64,000 bases of DNA, from the NCBI RefSeq assembly GCF_006345805.1, contig NC_042998.1, positions 124,744,001-124,808,000 on the forward strand, given 5' to 3'. Below the pieces are notes generated by a model. It was not told the DNA's origin. It searched no databases and was given only the letters and a program-made list of their open reading frames with translations. How positions within the stretch are numbered: the first letter of the stretch is position 1; each line of letters begins with the position of its first letter. The stretch is from Octopus sinensis. Taxonomy: Eukaryota. The position numbers and the translations under genes are program-made. Shown one piece after another: positions 51,853 through 64,000 of the stretch.

Positions 51853-54800
51853 TAGAAAAGTAGGTAGGTGGGTAATAGATAAGTCAGTAGACAATGAAAT
51901 AAATGGTTAATATACACGGGAAAATTTTATGAGAAAATACAAATTGCATAATGGATAAATAATAAAACTAAAACGTTTCATCAATAACATATGGGTATGT
52001 GTGTAAAGAATATTTAAACTTATATAACTATGAACTTTAATGGACCATCTTTAGTGTACTATAGGCATCAGGAGATACTGTAAAATCACGAAATTCGATC
52101 ATTAAAATGAAACGAGTTCAGGTGTCCATTTACACATAATATACGTAATAGCATTTTGAGAATCACATTTATTCTTGTGCAAGAGACGACTGTGTTTGCG
52201 GACTAATTTTATTATCTCAACAAGCAAACTAAAGCTCTGTAATGTCTACCAATAAATAAATATTTCAAAGTTATTAATACTCGGTATTGACATATTGCAT
52301 TCGGCGAACATTGTAACTTTATAAAAATATGTCAGTATTGAATAGAAAAATAGGTTACATGTTGAATGATCAAACTATAGTTTTCGGCTTATCGATTCCT
52401 TTATAAATCACAACAGCTAATTGTCTTGACGTATCGATCAAACAGAGAAAAGCTGTAATCATAAAGTATTACATGATTGTTTATTTTACTGAGTAGCGAC
52501 GCCAGAGAGGAAGAGATTAATATTCTACAAAACGAGATTTCGACTACCGTTTGGAGTCACTTCACTTCCATTAAGTCACTAATACTGCTGGGAAATGCAT
52601 GAACGTATCAATTCCTGTTATTTCTCTTTTAAAACGTATATAGAGCTTTTATAACAAATCAATCAAATATTAAGCGTTGTAGAACACGAAGATAGCAAGT
52701 CAAAATACTGTCAGGTTTCGATTATCTATTGTAGTATGTTTACTTATAACTCTAAAGCTATTTTGAAAGATATGAACATCATACATCATTTTTCAGTCTT
52801 TGAAGATATAGACCATTGTATCTAGCCCAGAAAAACTAGTGGCCAGCTTCTGTTGATCCGAGCTCATTGCCACTTTTTTTTTTCTCAGCGTTAGCTTTTT
52901 ACTCCTTAAGTGTCGTTTAGAAATTCATTGATTACCAACTACCTAAAAATTGAACCTTTATTCTTTATTCTTGCACACGAAATCAAATGACTAGAGTGAA
53001 TATGACTCGTAAACAATTTAATAACATCAACTCTTCTTAGATACCTCACTAGAGTCAGTTTTGTCCTTCACCCGTTTGTCATTGATATAAGCGATATAAA
53101 CATAACACCCTTTATTCAATAGACTACATTCTTTCATTAGAAAATCTGGGACTCTCCTTACTCAAATCAATGTTTTCAAACCGCAATAGCACACTCGCTG
53201 TCTATGTAGAATTTATTGCCTTTTATATCCAAATACCAATATGATCGACATTGCTGTATTTCTTATTCTTGAAGCTAATAAATTACAAACTAACGTTTGA
53301 AATTACGTTATTCTGAATTTTGGTTTTGCGCTTAGTAAAAAGAATATGTACCAATAATATAAAGAGAGCAGAATCATTTTTGAAACTGTTTTTTCTGCTA
53401 TCTTATTTATAGAAAAAAAAGTAAAACAATCACTATGACTTCGAAAACAAATTCGTAGTATCTAGAATTAATTTTGAAAATTTGATAAATTATGGTAAAT
53501 TCTTTGTGGCGGCCGTCAAAAGGTGAATGAATATTAACCGGAGTTATTCCGACATTTGTTGAATATAGTAACAGATTGCTTTATTATGTATTAAATGTTA
53601 TTCATAAGTTATCGATTATTTCGATGATTAATTCTAAAATCTATGCGCTATATTTGACATTAATTATGCCGTATATATTTAGATATAGTTATTTCGTTAA
53701 TTCTTGTATATCAGAGAATATTGTGAGACAAAGTTTATAGTTAAGTAACCAGGTTGGAAATCATCGAATGATAATGAAACAATGCAATGTGCTATATTGC
53801 GATTTAATGAGGTATATAATTGATAGGGTGTATAAGTAGCTTTCCTCAATAAGGTGGACCATTAAACATTCAGGAAATTGAACATTGGATAGCGGATGAG
53901 AAATTGAAAATAACACAATAGAGTGATAAGATAGTATAAAGAATATTGAAAATATTGCAATAAAGTCTTGGTTAAGAGATGGGATATAGTGAATTGGCGA
54001 TGAACGTACGACAAATGCTTACTAGACTGAATGACAATTTGCCAAAAGATCATCAATCATAACAATATTAAATCATGTTGAGTTGGAAAACTGATTTCTA
54101 TGGAGGCTAGTAATAGCGGTGTCAGGAGAGTTGTTCTCAATTTATAGGTATTTCTAGAAAGGCGCCAATTTAAAGTTTGGGTCAGTAGTGAAATACATGA
54201 TTAAGTAGAATAGCAAACCCACTCTAGACCATGGTTACAGTTTCTATCATTAAAACTTATCACTAAATGCCATGAAGTATACTATATCAAGCAATAAATA
54301 CTCGATAACCGCAGCAAATATTTTTCAAAATAATACAGGTTTTGTTTTATTTACCATGCCTTTTTGTCAAAATCATACCATATACAAAATATAATATATT
54401 TCACTTATTGATTTATGATATCTCTCTATTTCTTTCCCTTGCATATGTGTATATGTGCTCGTGTGTTTCTATGTTTGTATGCACATACATATAACCACAT
54501 AAACACCTATACACATACAGTAATCACTGCGTTAGAACCAACTCTGGATACGGAAGTTTTCAAGTATGACCAACAGTTTCAGGATACGGTCTTTAAATTT
54601 GCCCTTACAGAAACTCGGATGAAGTTTAACGGTTCAAAACTACATGTTCTTTTAAGCTCGCAAGTCAGTTCTCTGTGTTTTAATTATTATCAAAGTATTG
54701 TTGATAATAGGAAAATAATATAACCCAATATATACATATATGCATATGTGTTTGTATGTCTGTGTGCATGTGTATCTGCGTGTGTTTGCATGTGTCTGCA

Positions 54801-55015
54801 AGTGTCTGTGTGTGTACATGCGCGTGCACGTGTCTGTATTATTAAAATACACTTATGGAATGTGAGGTGGAATATTTCATATTGAATAATCGTGAGTGTG
54901 TGGATTTCAATGTATTTTTGTGTCAAAATGAGTTTTATCGGGTCAAATTTAACATCATACTCAGGACACACACACACACAAACTAAGGCACAAGAAAAAC
55001 ACGCAGTATATATAA

Positions 55016-55072
<57 letters not shown>

Positions 55073-55074
<2 letters not shown>

Positions 55075-55287
55075 TCGTTTACTCTTTTACTTGTTTCAGT
55101 CGTGTGACTGTGGGCATGCTGGCCCACCGCTTTTAGTTGAGCAAATCGACCCCAGAACTTATTTTTTGTAAGCCTAGTACCTATTCTATCCGTCTCTTTT
55201 GCCGAACCGCTAAGTTACGGGGACATAAACACACCAGCATCCGCTGTCAAGCGATGTTGGGGGACAAACACAGATACACAAATATAC

Positions 55288-55342
<55 letters not shown>

Positions 55343-55500
55343 TACGACGGGCTTCTTTCAATTTCCGTCTTTTAAATCCACTCACAAGGCTTTGGTCGGC
55401 CCGTGGCTATAGAAGAAGACACTTGCCCAAGGTACCACGCAGTGGGACTGAACCCAGAACCATGTGGTTCGTAAGCAAGCTACTTACCACACAGCCACTC
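55073..55500 (-). mobile_element. S2 SINE, full length, flanked by TA repeats
   Basis: Colinear with 20272-20662. Confidence 0.9.
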
Positions 55501-55617
55501 ATATATATAATTTTTCACTACCTTTATCATCAAAGGATGACACGACTATATATGACCGACATCGCCGATTTCTCGACCTCCTTCGTCACATTATTTGTAA
55601 CGATTACCACATACCAC

Positions 55618-55688
<71 letters not shown>
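55618..55688. repeat. (TAT)n microsatellite
   Basis: Trinucleotide run. Confidence 0.97.
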
Positions 55689-55717
55689 CCGCATAACAAT
55701 ATGTGTTTGTATGTATA

Positions 55718-56400
55718 CAAGGCGCATTCTAAAGTTCTCTGACTTTTTTTCAGGAGACACATATATTAATTTAAAAGAAGTACAAAACTCTAATATTCTT
55801 AGAAGTAACATCCTTCGACTTCACTACACTTGTAGCGCTCCACCCATTTCGTGAACTCTGCATGGAAATCACTGAAAGTGAGTGTGTCCGGGACCCTTGT
55901 CACAGCCTACTTCATCCTCAGCTTGGAGAAGAATCAAAAGTCACAGAGAGCAAGATCATAACAGTAGATCCACTTTTCGTCACCGGTTACGGGAGACTCA
56001 AGTTATCTGGAATTGGAGGTAATGATCTCAACCTCCTCTCTCTGGTCATTAACACGTCTTTTCTTCTCTTCGTCACTGGACACCCTGTGAACAAACCTTG
56101 TACAAATTTTGCGCACCAACTCGAGACAGTATGCGTATTATCTTTATAAACGCACAACGGTCTTCATCCGGAAATTTGCGAAATTTTTCAAATGCTGTAA
56201 CGTCTCCCTTCCTCCCACATCATCCGCATACACAGGTTAATTTACGAGCAGTTTGGAGCATTTCACAAGTTTCTGTTGTATGTTTGCCTAGTTTAGCTTC
56301 CAAATTTTCTTTACGTCCCGACTGCATTCTGCAAACTAGCCAGCTGTGACAAATAGTGTTTAATAGGATGTGTTCAAAATGCTGCTACAGCCGTCTCCTT
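55718..56400 (-). mobile_element. Internally deleted mariner-family transposon relic
   Basis: Minus strand gives KLGKHTTETCEMLQ, DEEKKRRV and VTGDEKWIYCYD (first catalytic D, ~55955-55990) fused directly to DLALCDF*FFSKL (YSPDLAPCD-type motif), then KWVERYKCSEVEGCYF. Confidence 0.8.
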
Positions 56401-57004
56401 CAATCTGTAATAAAAATTTTGGCCGGTCAGCTTATTAGATGTAAAGTAATGATATGCTAAAATTACAATAATCTCGTCAACTATAAATGTCTATCCTAAA
56501 AAAAGGTCCGAAACCTTCTGTATGCACCTTGTATATATTGCTGCATATACATTTATAGACATAGATATACATATATGCATAGATAAAAACATAACGTCTG
56601 GAGGTATGAGAGGTATGACAGATAAATATACATTTAACTACGAAGTATGATAGATATATATGCATTTAACTACGAAGTCTTGTAGCTATATAAATATATA
56701 TCCACCTCTCATACCACCTGAGTTTATATTTTCATGAAATAATTTCATCACTCATAGTTTCTGGATTTTCATTGACAAGGATTCTCTACATTACATTTCT
56801 TTGTAATTGTATACTATGTGGACTGATAGTCGAGTCTGTAAGAGGATCCTTACATGACAGCGAAGATTCTCTGAATCCACATCTTGTATTACTCATACTT
56901 ACACACACATACACATACATATATACATATACACACACACACACATACATGCATGCATACATACATACATATATATATAAATACACACATATATACATAC
57001 ATAC

Positions 57005-57098
<94 letters not shown>

Positions 57099-57471
57099 TA
57101 CCGTCAGAAATTAATTAGCACCCTTGATTTGCTCTTCACTCAAGGTATTTGCTGTCACCTAGTGGCCATATCTCGAACTATTGCTTTGTTGTGAGTTCAC
57201 TGTTGTGCAGAACGATGACGTAACTTTGTTTGCAGAGCAGTTTGAGAGTCTACAGCCTAATGATGTGGACATAGCAGTGCAACAACAACTTGGAGTGTGG
57301 ATGCAGACAAATCTTCCTTTGTTTAATAGATATGGGTAGCGCCTCGCAAGGACCGAAATCACACCGTACTAAGTTTTCTCATCGCGTAAGACGTTTTGAA
57401 CAGCTCGTAGGTTAATTGATTTGTGTATTTGCAAGATTTTTTTCCTCACAAATTCTCCTACACTCTGCTTG

Positions 57472-57487
57472 ATGACGTCACTTCCGG
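57472..57487 (-). promoter_or_regulatory. Overlapping ETS-CRE motif (CCGGAAGTGACGTCAT) upstream of the Tc1 transposase
   Basis: Plus strand ATGACGTCACTTCCGG contains the CRE palindrome TGACGTCA overlapping the ETS site CCGGAAGT, ~160 bp before the ATG. Confidence 0.5.
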
Positions 57488-57646
57488 TTCACAAAACTTT
57501 CTGTTATACATCAAATAAGGTGAGAAATTCTGCTTTCTTTCTTTTTTGTTTAATGAATAATAACTCATAGCAGTTTTGTTATAGCATAACATTATTCAAA
57601 TGAATAGTTTTAATGAAAATAACTGGTTTTTATCGTTCATTCCTAG

Positions 57647-58611
57647 ATGGGCTCAGGACCTCGCATGACCTTGGAGAGACGGTACGAGGCTCCCTCGTGG
57701 CGTGGGAAGGTGTCGGAGGCTGCAATAGCCAGAAAACTTGGTGTAGCCAGGCACACAATTCAGTGCTTATTTAAGAAATACGAGGAAACCAGATCAGCAG
57801 CTGACAAAAAGGGTAGGGGACGGAAGAGGCTGACGACCCAGCAGGAGGACCGGATGCTGATCCGAAAGTCACTGTACAACCGAAGGGCAACGAGCCGGCA
57901 ACTGGCGGAGGAGATGCAAAAGATGACAGGGAACAGTTGTCTACAACCACCGTCAAGACCAGATTACTGGAAGCCGCTCCTTACAGCCCAAAACCGGAAG
58001 AGGCGGCTGCTCTGGGCCCGTGCCCACAAGACATGGACCGTGCAGCAGTGGCAGACAGTGATGTTCACTGACGAGTCGCGATTCAGTCTCGTCAGTGACA
58101 AGCCTGTCCATGTGCGACGCTGCAGGGGTGAGCGCTTCAACAAAGACTGCATTGCTCCCACCATGAAGCATGGTGGGGGTGGTCTGATGGTGTGAGGGGC
58201 GTTCAGCTACAGTGGTGTTGGGCGGCTCTATGCCGTCGAAGGCAACATCAACGCAGCAAAGTACGTTGAGATGGTACGGGATACCTCTTTGGTGGCGAGG
58301 AGTACGTGCTCCAGCAGGACAACGCGCCTTCCCACACAGCCAAGCTCACAACCGGTTTCTTCAAGGACCATGGGGTGACGGTCATGGACTGGCCTGGCCA
58401 GTCACCTGACCTGAACCCTATTGAAAACCTCTGGAGTCGATTGGGTAGGGATTTGAATGTGCAGCAATACAGGAACCGACACGAGCTGTTTGGGGCACTT
58501 CTTGCTGCATGGAGGGCCATCCCTGCACAGTACCTGCAGGCACTCATAGACAGCATGCCGACCTGCGTAGCAGCTGTCATTGCTGCCAAAGGAGGAGCAA
58601 CAAGATATTGA
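57647..58611 (+). pseudogene. Tc1 transposase pseudogene
   Basis: HTH (IARKLGVARHTIQ), GRGRKR, KPLLT..NRKRRL.WA, VMFTDESRF (D), KHGGGGLMV*G (TGG>TGA), LQQDNAPSH (D) and WPGQSPDLNPIENLW (E, 34 residues after the second D). Frameshifts and deletions are present. Confidence 0.95.
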
Positions 58612-60930
58612 CTAAATTTCACGATTAATAACAATTATGTGGTGTGCTGGGATATGTTTTAATAAATTTTTGATTAAAAACGAGTTCGTTTCTGATAATA
58701 AGTTAATTAAATTAAGAAAATGTAAGAAAATGTAGAAATTTGAGAAGTGCTAATTAATTTCCGACGCAAGTAAAACAAAGTGAAAAATATTTAAAGATCG
58801 AACTAGGCAATAACTTTCGCACGATCCTTATACCTTAGCCTTCTTTACCACGGAATTGCTCTACATGTTGGCCATACAAAAGAATTTTCGGAGTGCGATC
58901 CATTTTGCATTTGAACATGTCCTGCCCGTCTACACCTCATCCTCGACAACTTACTTTTGATACCGGAGTTACCTAGTTCTTTGTAAGTTTGTTTAATCCT
59001 CGTGAGTTTGTTAATTCATCATGAGTTTGTTAACCTCTCATCGCCACTGTTGTAATCCAGCGTCGGAGTGGTGTAACATCCACTCCGGTATAGCAGTCTG
59101 CACCGCATCCTCGACAACTTACTTTTGATACAAAAGACGATAATAATAATGATTTTCCTCCTACTGTCATTACTACTTTTATACTGACTTATATGAAATG
59201 AAGGCGTAGTTAATTTTACTGTTCTTGATAAATTTCACATGTAAACAGCCGCTTATTAGTTTTCTATCATTGCTGTTGTTATTCGCCCGAAAGGCCTAGA
59301 CAGGAAGTTTGTTTTGCATCTTAGTTATCAGAATTTGGTATCACTAATAGATTGACATGGCTAATATATCATAAAGTTTCATCTCTTCCGTTGTCTGCAT
59401 CAAAACCGAGCCACGGGCATGTTGTTTCTTTCTTAGCAATTATCCTTCATTACTCGAACTCAAAGACCGAGAAAAATACTAAAACATTGATAGATTTTAA
59501 ATGTTAACAGCTCTACATCAAGATATCGATCGAACAATGCCACTGTAGCCAGTCCAGTTGATAATACAAAAGATGGTAAATATATATATACTGTGGGAGT
59601 AAATTCAATTAAATCAAATGTGATGTATTAGAATTACTAAGTTTAACACGCTACAAATTTATGAAAAGTAAGATCGAATTGATCAAGATTCGAACTCATG
59701 AGGGATGAAATTAAGCTCTATGAATGTGTTTCTCTAGTCTCAGTTATTATTGCGAGAGTAGAAACGGTTAAAAGTATCGAGTTTCATGAGACTGTAATGT
59801 TGTCAATCCACAACTCGAAATGCTATAGCAATTATTTATCAAACGGAATATTTGGCTCCACTAAATTTGGGGTGTTTAGTTTATTCCTCAAAAAGAGACA
59901 AAATTTCTCTGATATATAAAATAAACGAAATGCTTTTTCCTCGGCAACAGTATTTTTTAAATTTATTTATTATATTTTATTTATTCATTTTATTTATCTA
60001 TTTTGCATTGTTAACAAGCAAATGACTTTGTAGCCACCATGTTTCTAGTATTCCATGGAAAATAACATGATATATCTATAATTAATAAATGTAAATAGTC
60101 AATGAAATAGTGTGAAAAATTATATCAAACTTGTTTTTATTGCGCCATTGTTTTTTTTTTGCTTATTGTTTTTCGTTTGTATATCTCAATTTTATTATTG
60201 TTTGTTTTTCATTACTGTTCGTGTTGATGTTGTAATTTCGTTACTTCCTTGTTTATTTGAAATGATGTCGATTATTTTACATTTTATAACTAACATGCAT
60301 TGCCAGGCAATTGGCGCCAGTGAGCTTCCATACATAAAGGACGTAAGCGCCGAAACCTAAACACCGGAATAACAGAAATGAACAGCTTTTGTTTAGTTTA
60401 GATATTCATCATTTACTGAAAGAATGAAGAATTGGGTTAACTTGTTGTTTAGTATATTTTGCTTGATATATTATTTGCTCGTTCAAAAAATACTTTAAAC
60501 ACAAATCTACCTTCTTAATCTTTTTTTCTTTAATTTTTATATTCTCTTGTGTTAAAAGCAACAACGTGAAATAAATGAAATAAAACTAATCAAAATATTT
60601 AAAACTCGAAATAATCCCAGCCGAAGCAAATAATAATCGTTATAAAGTAAATCATTTACTTAATGATAATATAAACTTTCCGAACCATTAATCAGAATAA
60701 TAAAGCATATTCATGCTGCCAATCCCTTTTCTGTATACCCTGCGCCCTCTTGACGTAAATAAGCATCACAAACAACTTCATGGCAGATACATATTTAAAA
60801 CAGATTCTAAAAAATAATGAACAAATCCCTATATATAATTCATTTTCTTTTAAAGTACATCCTAGACATATTGTTAACACATCTTTACTAAAAGAGAATA
60901 TACAAGTTTAATGCAAAGTTTACACATTTG

Positions 60931-60965
<35 letters not shown>

Positions 60966-61157
60966 TACGAAAATATTGTATTTTTCGAATACCTAGCATT
61001 ATGTTGCGTGGTCGTAGTCAATGATTCACATCCTTTTATATCTGGTCACGTTATAAGCAACTCATTATTCAAAGCAAATAAGCTACCATATTTCAAAAAC
61101 AAATGTATCCTGAATTTCATCTCCATACAATATTCTATGTTCAATATTTATTATCAA

Positions 61158-61370
61158 AGGCGGCGAGCTAACTGAATCTTTAGCATGCCAGGCAAGATAT
61201 TTATCGATATTCTGTCCGTCTTTATGTTCTGGTTTCAAATTCTGACGGGGTTTATTTTGCCTTTCATCATTTCGGGGTCGATAAAATAAGTACCAGTTGA
61301 TTACTAGGGTCGATGTAATCGATTTATCTCTCTACTCCGACCTGCCTGACCATGTACCAAAATTTGAAAC
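61158..61370 (+). mobile_element. S1 SINE copy
   Basis: AGGCGGCGAGCT...TTCAAATTC...GCCTTTCATCATTTCGGGGTCGATAAAATAAGTACCAG...GGGTCGATGTAATCGA. Confidence 0.85.
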
Positions 61371-61426
61371 TTAATTGTATCTGAGTAAAACATCGTAGAA
61401 ATTTGTAAATGTATGCGCGTGTGTTT

Positions 61427-61534
61427 GGTAAGAGCAAAAATAAGTAATTTCCTACAGAAGAATAATTTAGATTGCAGCCAGCATGGTTTTCGTTGTGGTA
61501 GAGATTGTCTAACACAGCTCCTCCACCACTTTGA

Positions 61535-61540
<6 letters not shown>
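61427..61540 (+). mobile_element. Short LINE RT fragment (CR1/L2/Jockey group)
   Basis: VRAKISNFLQKNNLDCSQHGFRCGRDCLTQLLHHFDDI matches the QHGFRxGRSCxTQL RT motif. It is truncated by (TA)n. Confidence 0.75.
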
Positions 61541-61580
<40 letters not shown>

Positions 61581-61603
61581 GTGTGTGTGTGTGTGTGAGT
61601 GTG

Positions 61604-62083
61604 TGTGGAGGCGCAATAGTCCAGCGGACTCGCGGTCATAGGATCGCGGTTACGATTGAGTGTTTATTGAGCGAAAACACCTAAAGCTTCACGAAGCTCT
61701 GGCAGGGGTGGTAGTGAACCCTGTTGTACTCTTTCACCACAACTTTCTCTCACTCTTTCTTCCTGTTTCTGTTGTACCTGTATTTCAAAGGGCCAGCCTT
61801 GTCACACCCTGTGTCACACTGAATCTCCCCGAGAACTACGTTAAGGGTACACGTGTCTGTGGAGTGCTCGGCCACTTGCACGTTAATAAATGAGCTGCGA
61901 TGTCACTGGTGCCAAGCTGTATCGGCGTTTGCCTTTCCCTTGGATAACATTGGTGGCGTGGAGAGGGAAGTCTGGTATGCGTGGGCAACTACTGGCCTTC
62001 CATAAACAACCTTGCCCAGACTTGTGCCTCGGAGGGTAACTTTCTAGGTGCAATCCCATGGTCATTCGTGACGGAAGGGGGTC
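61604..62083 (+). mobile_element. SINE-like composite (family S4; deleted tRNA-like head plus a second SINE-like 3' part) between TG and CA repeats
   Basis: Starts GTGGAGGCGC like the S3 head, has a B-box remnant GGTTACGATT and a GC-rich body. The apparent internal junction at ~61890 (AAATGAG.TGCGATG) resembles the S3 body. Confidence 0.55.
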
Positions 62084-62112
62084 ACACACACGCACACACA
62101 CACACACACACG

Positions 62113-62160
<48 letters not shown>

Positions 62161-62540
62161 TATGTATGCATGTATGTATGTATGTATGAATGTATGTATG
62201 AATGTATGTACATGTATATATGTATATATGTATATACGTACATATACACATATAAATATACATATGGAAGACTATATGTATCTCATATCCTAGATCAAAC
62301 GAACAAGAAGCCAAATTTTAATAAGAACTCAATACATTTTAAATACCGAGTATAAATTTATTAATTTACAGTGAAAACTTTACAGCTAGCCAGCTAATTC
62401 TCATCATTATTAGACTTGTATATATACAATCATATACGCACGTACACACACATACACACACATACACCCACATTCATGAATAGACATATATGTGTGTATG
62501 TATATCTATGTATGTATGTATATATATATATATACATACA

Positions 62541-62581
<41 letters not shown>

Positions 62582-62829
62582 ATACATATATATACATATA
62601 TATATATTGATTTAGACATTCGTTGTTTATTGAAAATAAAATTTACTCATCCAGTATGTTTCTGCTTTATGCTTTTAAATCTTTCAATATTGAAACTAAG
62701 ATTATATTCTGTGTGATTTTTCTCTTTTTCTTTAGTTTTTATTATTATTGAATCCTGTGTTGTAAATAAAGTCTTATTAATTTCTCACACATATATGTAA
62801 ACCGTACATATGTGTGTGTTTTGTGTGTG

Positions 62830-62940
62830 CTTATCTATATGTATGTATTTATGTATGTATGTATGTATGTATGTATGTATGTATGTATGTATGTATGTAT
62901 GTATGTATGTATGTATGTATGTATGTGTATGTATGTATGA
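62830..62940. repeat. (TATG)n microsatellite
   Basis: Tetranucleotide run. Confidence 0.97.
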
Positions 62941-64000
62941 GCGTACGAATATGTATACATACTATTTTGATATGCATCCAACGTTGCTTCTGACAAGTAT
63001 TTCCTTAGGGAAAATATTTATGTCCTCTGCACTCAATGTATTCTAAATTTCTATTCAGTCAATAACACTTCCTACGCCAAATCATATTTGCGTGTTTTGG
63101 CTAACTCTACTCACAACAATTATTGTCGGAATGATGCTGAGGTGTATGAAGCTCTTTCACGTACTGAACAATGTTCGATATCAGGATAAGTCGTTGGGCA
63201 AATCCATTTCTTTTTTTAAATTCAAATAATTTCTTAAAACCGTCGAATGAGAACGTGCCTCCAAAATGAAAAGTCTTAATGTAATTTCTATGAAACTCTT
63301 TTTAACTGTCTACTATAGAACTTTGGATTTATTCTTAAATATATGGACATTCCTCACTTTTCCTTGGTTTCAGTCATTGGACTGCCACTATATTTTTGCG
63401 CCGTTTTGCTGCGATTAGTAATCAACCAAATAGGCCATGTGCCCACATTCGTCTGTTTCCTATTTTACAGGTATGTATTTATTAAACTGGTGGTGTGCAT
63501 ATCATATACATATACATATACATATATAAGTTTGTGTGCTCCTGTATGTGCGTTTGTGTGTGTGTATGTGTGTGTGTGTCAACGAATGACAAAAGAACAG
63601 GAGTTACGTAATCGCTGTCATTACAGCTGTTTATTAAATGAAGCATTGCACACAGAACCGACCGCTCGTGTGACAACCTTCTCAGAGTCATGTTACATTC
63701 ACATACACACACGAACACATACATACACACATGTATATATACATATACATATATTTAATTAAAATAACCATTTATACACACCATTCTTATGGCACATAAA
63801 CAGTCGATAGGCCAGTTACTGTAGTATTTGCCCCGAGATACTATCTCTAATGGATTTGCTGTACTAAAAACAAAATAAATATGGCAGATGAAAGAAAATT
63901 CGTTTCAGTAACGGATTTTTCGAGCATGTGACACGCTGCGAGTAAGCGCCACGAAAAAGTCAAAAATGTCCAAAATGCATCTGGCACTCTCATTAGCCGC

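Larger units (their letters stand above)
57096..58772 (+). mobile_element. Tc1-family (DD34E) DNA transposon, near full length, decayed
   Basis: Imperfect TIRs CACTACCGTCAGAAATTAATTAGCAC and GTGCTAATTAATTTCCGACGCAAGTA. The left end abuts (TA)n, and the element carries an internal transposase. Confidence 0.92.

Noticed and set aside
63881-64000. ATGGCAGATGAAAGA as a gene start near the window end
   Set aside because: The frame closes after 16 codons (TGA). The CpG-richer end may be a TE or promoter edge but cannot be judged without downstream sequence.

Overview
This is an AT-rich, gene-poor eukaryotic window, probably intergenic or deep intronic. It is very likely a coleoid cephalopod (Octopus-like), judged from memory of the SINE families and the extreme microsatellite load; this is not verified. 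I find no convincing host exon, and almost all ORF-track entries are translated microsatellites. The interpretable content is transposable-element debris. Retroelements: CR1/L2-type LINE relics, a Neptune-type Penelope-like element (RT + GIY-YIG) plus several Penelope-type ends carrying minimal hammerhead-ribozyme-like motifs, an R4/Dong RLE retroelement ending in (TAA)n, a Tx1/L1-clade fragment inside (GATA)n, RTE fragments, and at least four tRNA-derived SINE families. DNA elements: a near-complete decayed Tc1 (DD34E), mariner relics and a Helentron-associated HINE. The most notable structures are (i) a Tx1-like 3' tail shared with a SINE that forms fixed-junction tandem multimers, (ii) different retroelement classes each sitting in a different microsatellite type, (iii) a 130-bp-arm palindrome and a second fold-back element built around (TTC)n, (iv) an ETS-CRE motif and a putative 5'UTR intron in the Tc1, and (v) a ~1.18-kb tandem duplication with breakpoints in (TA)n that may be an assembly artefact. 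No new host-encoded system can be claimed from the sequence alone.
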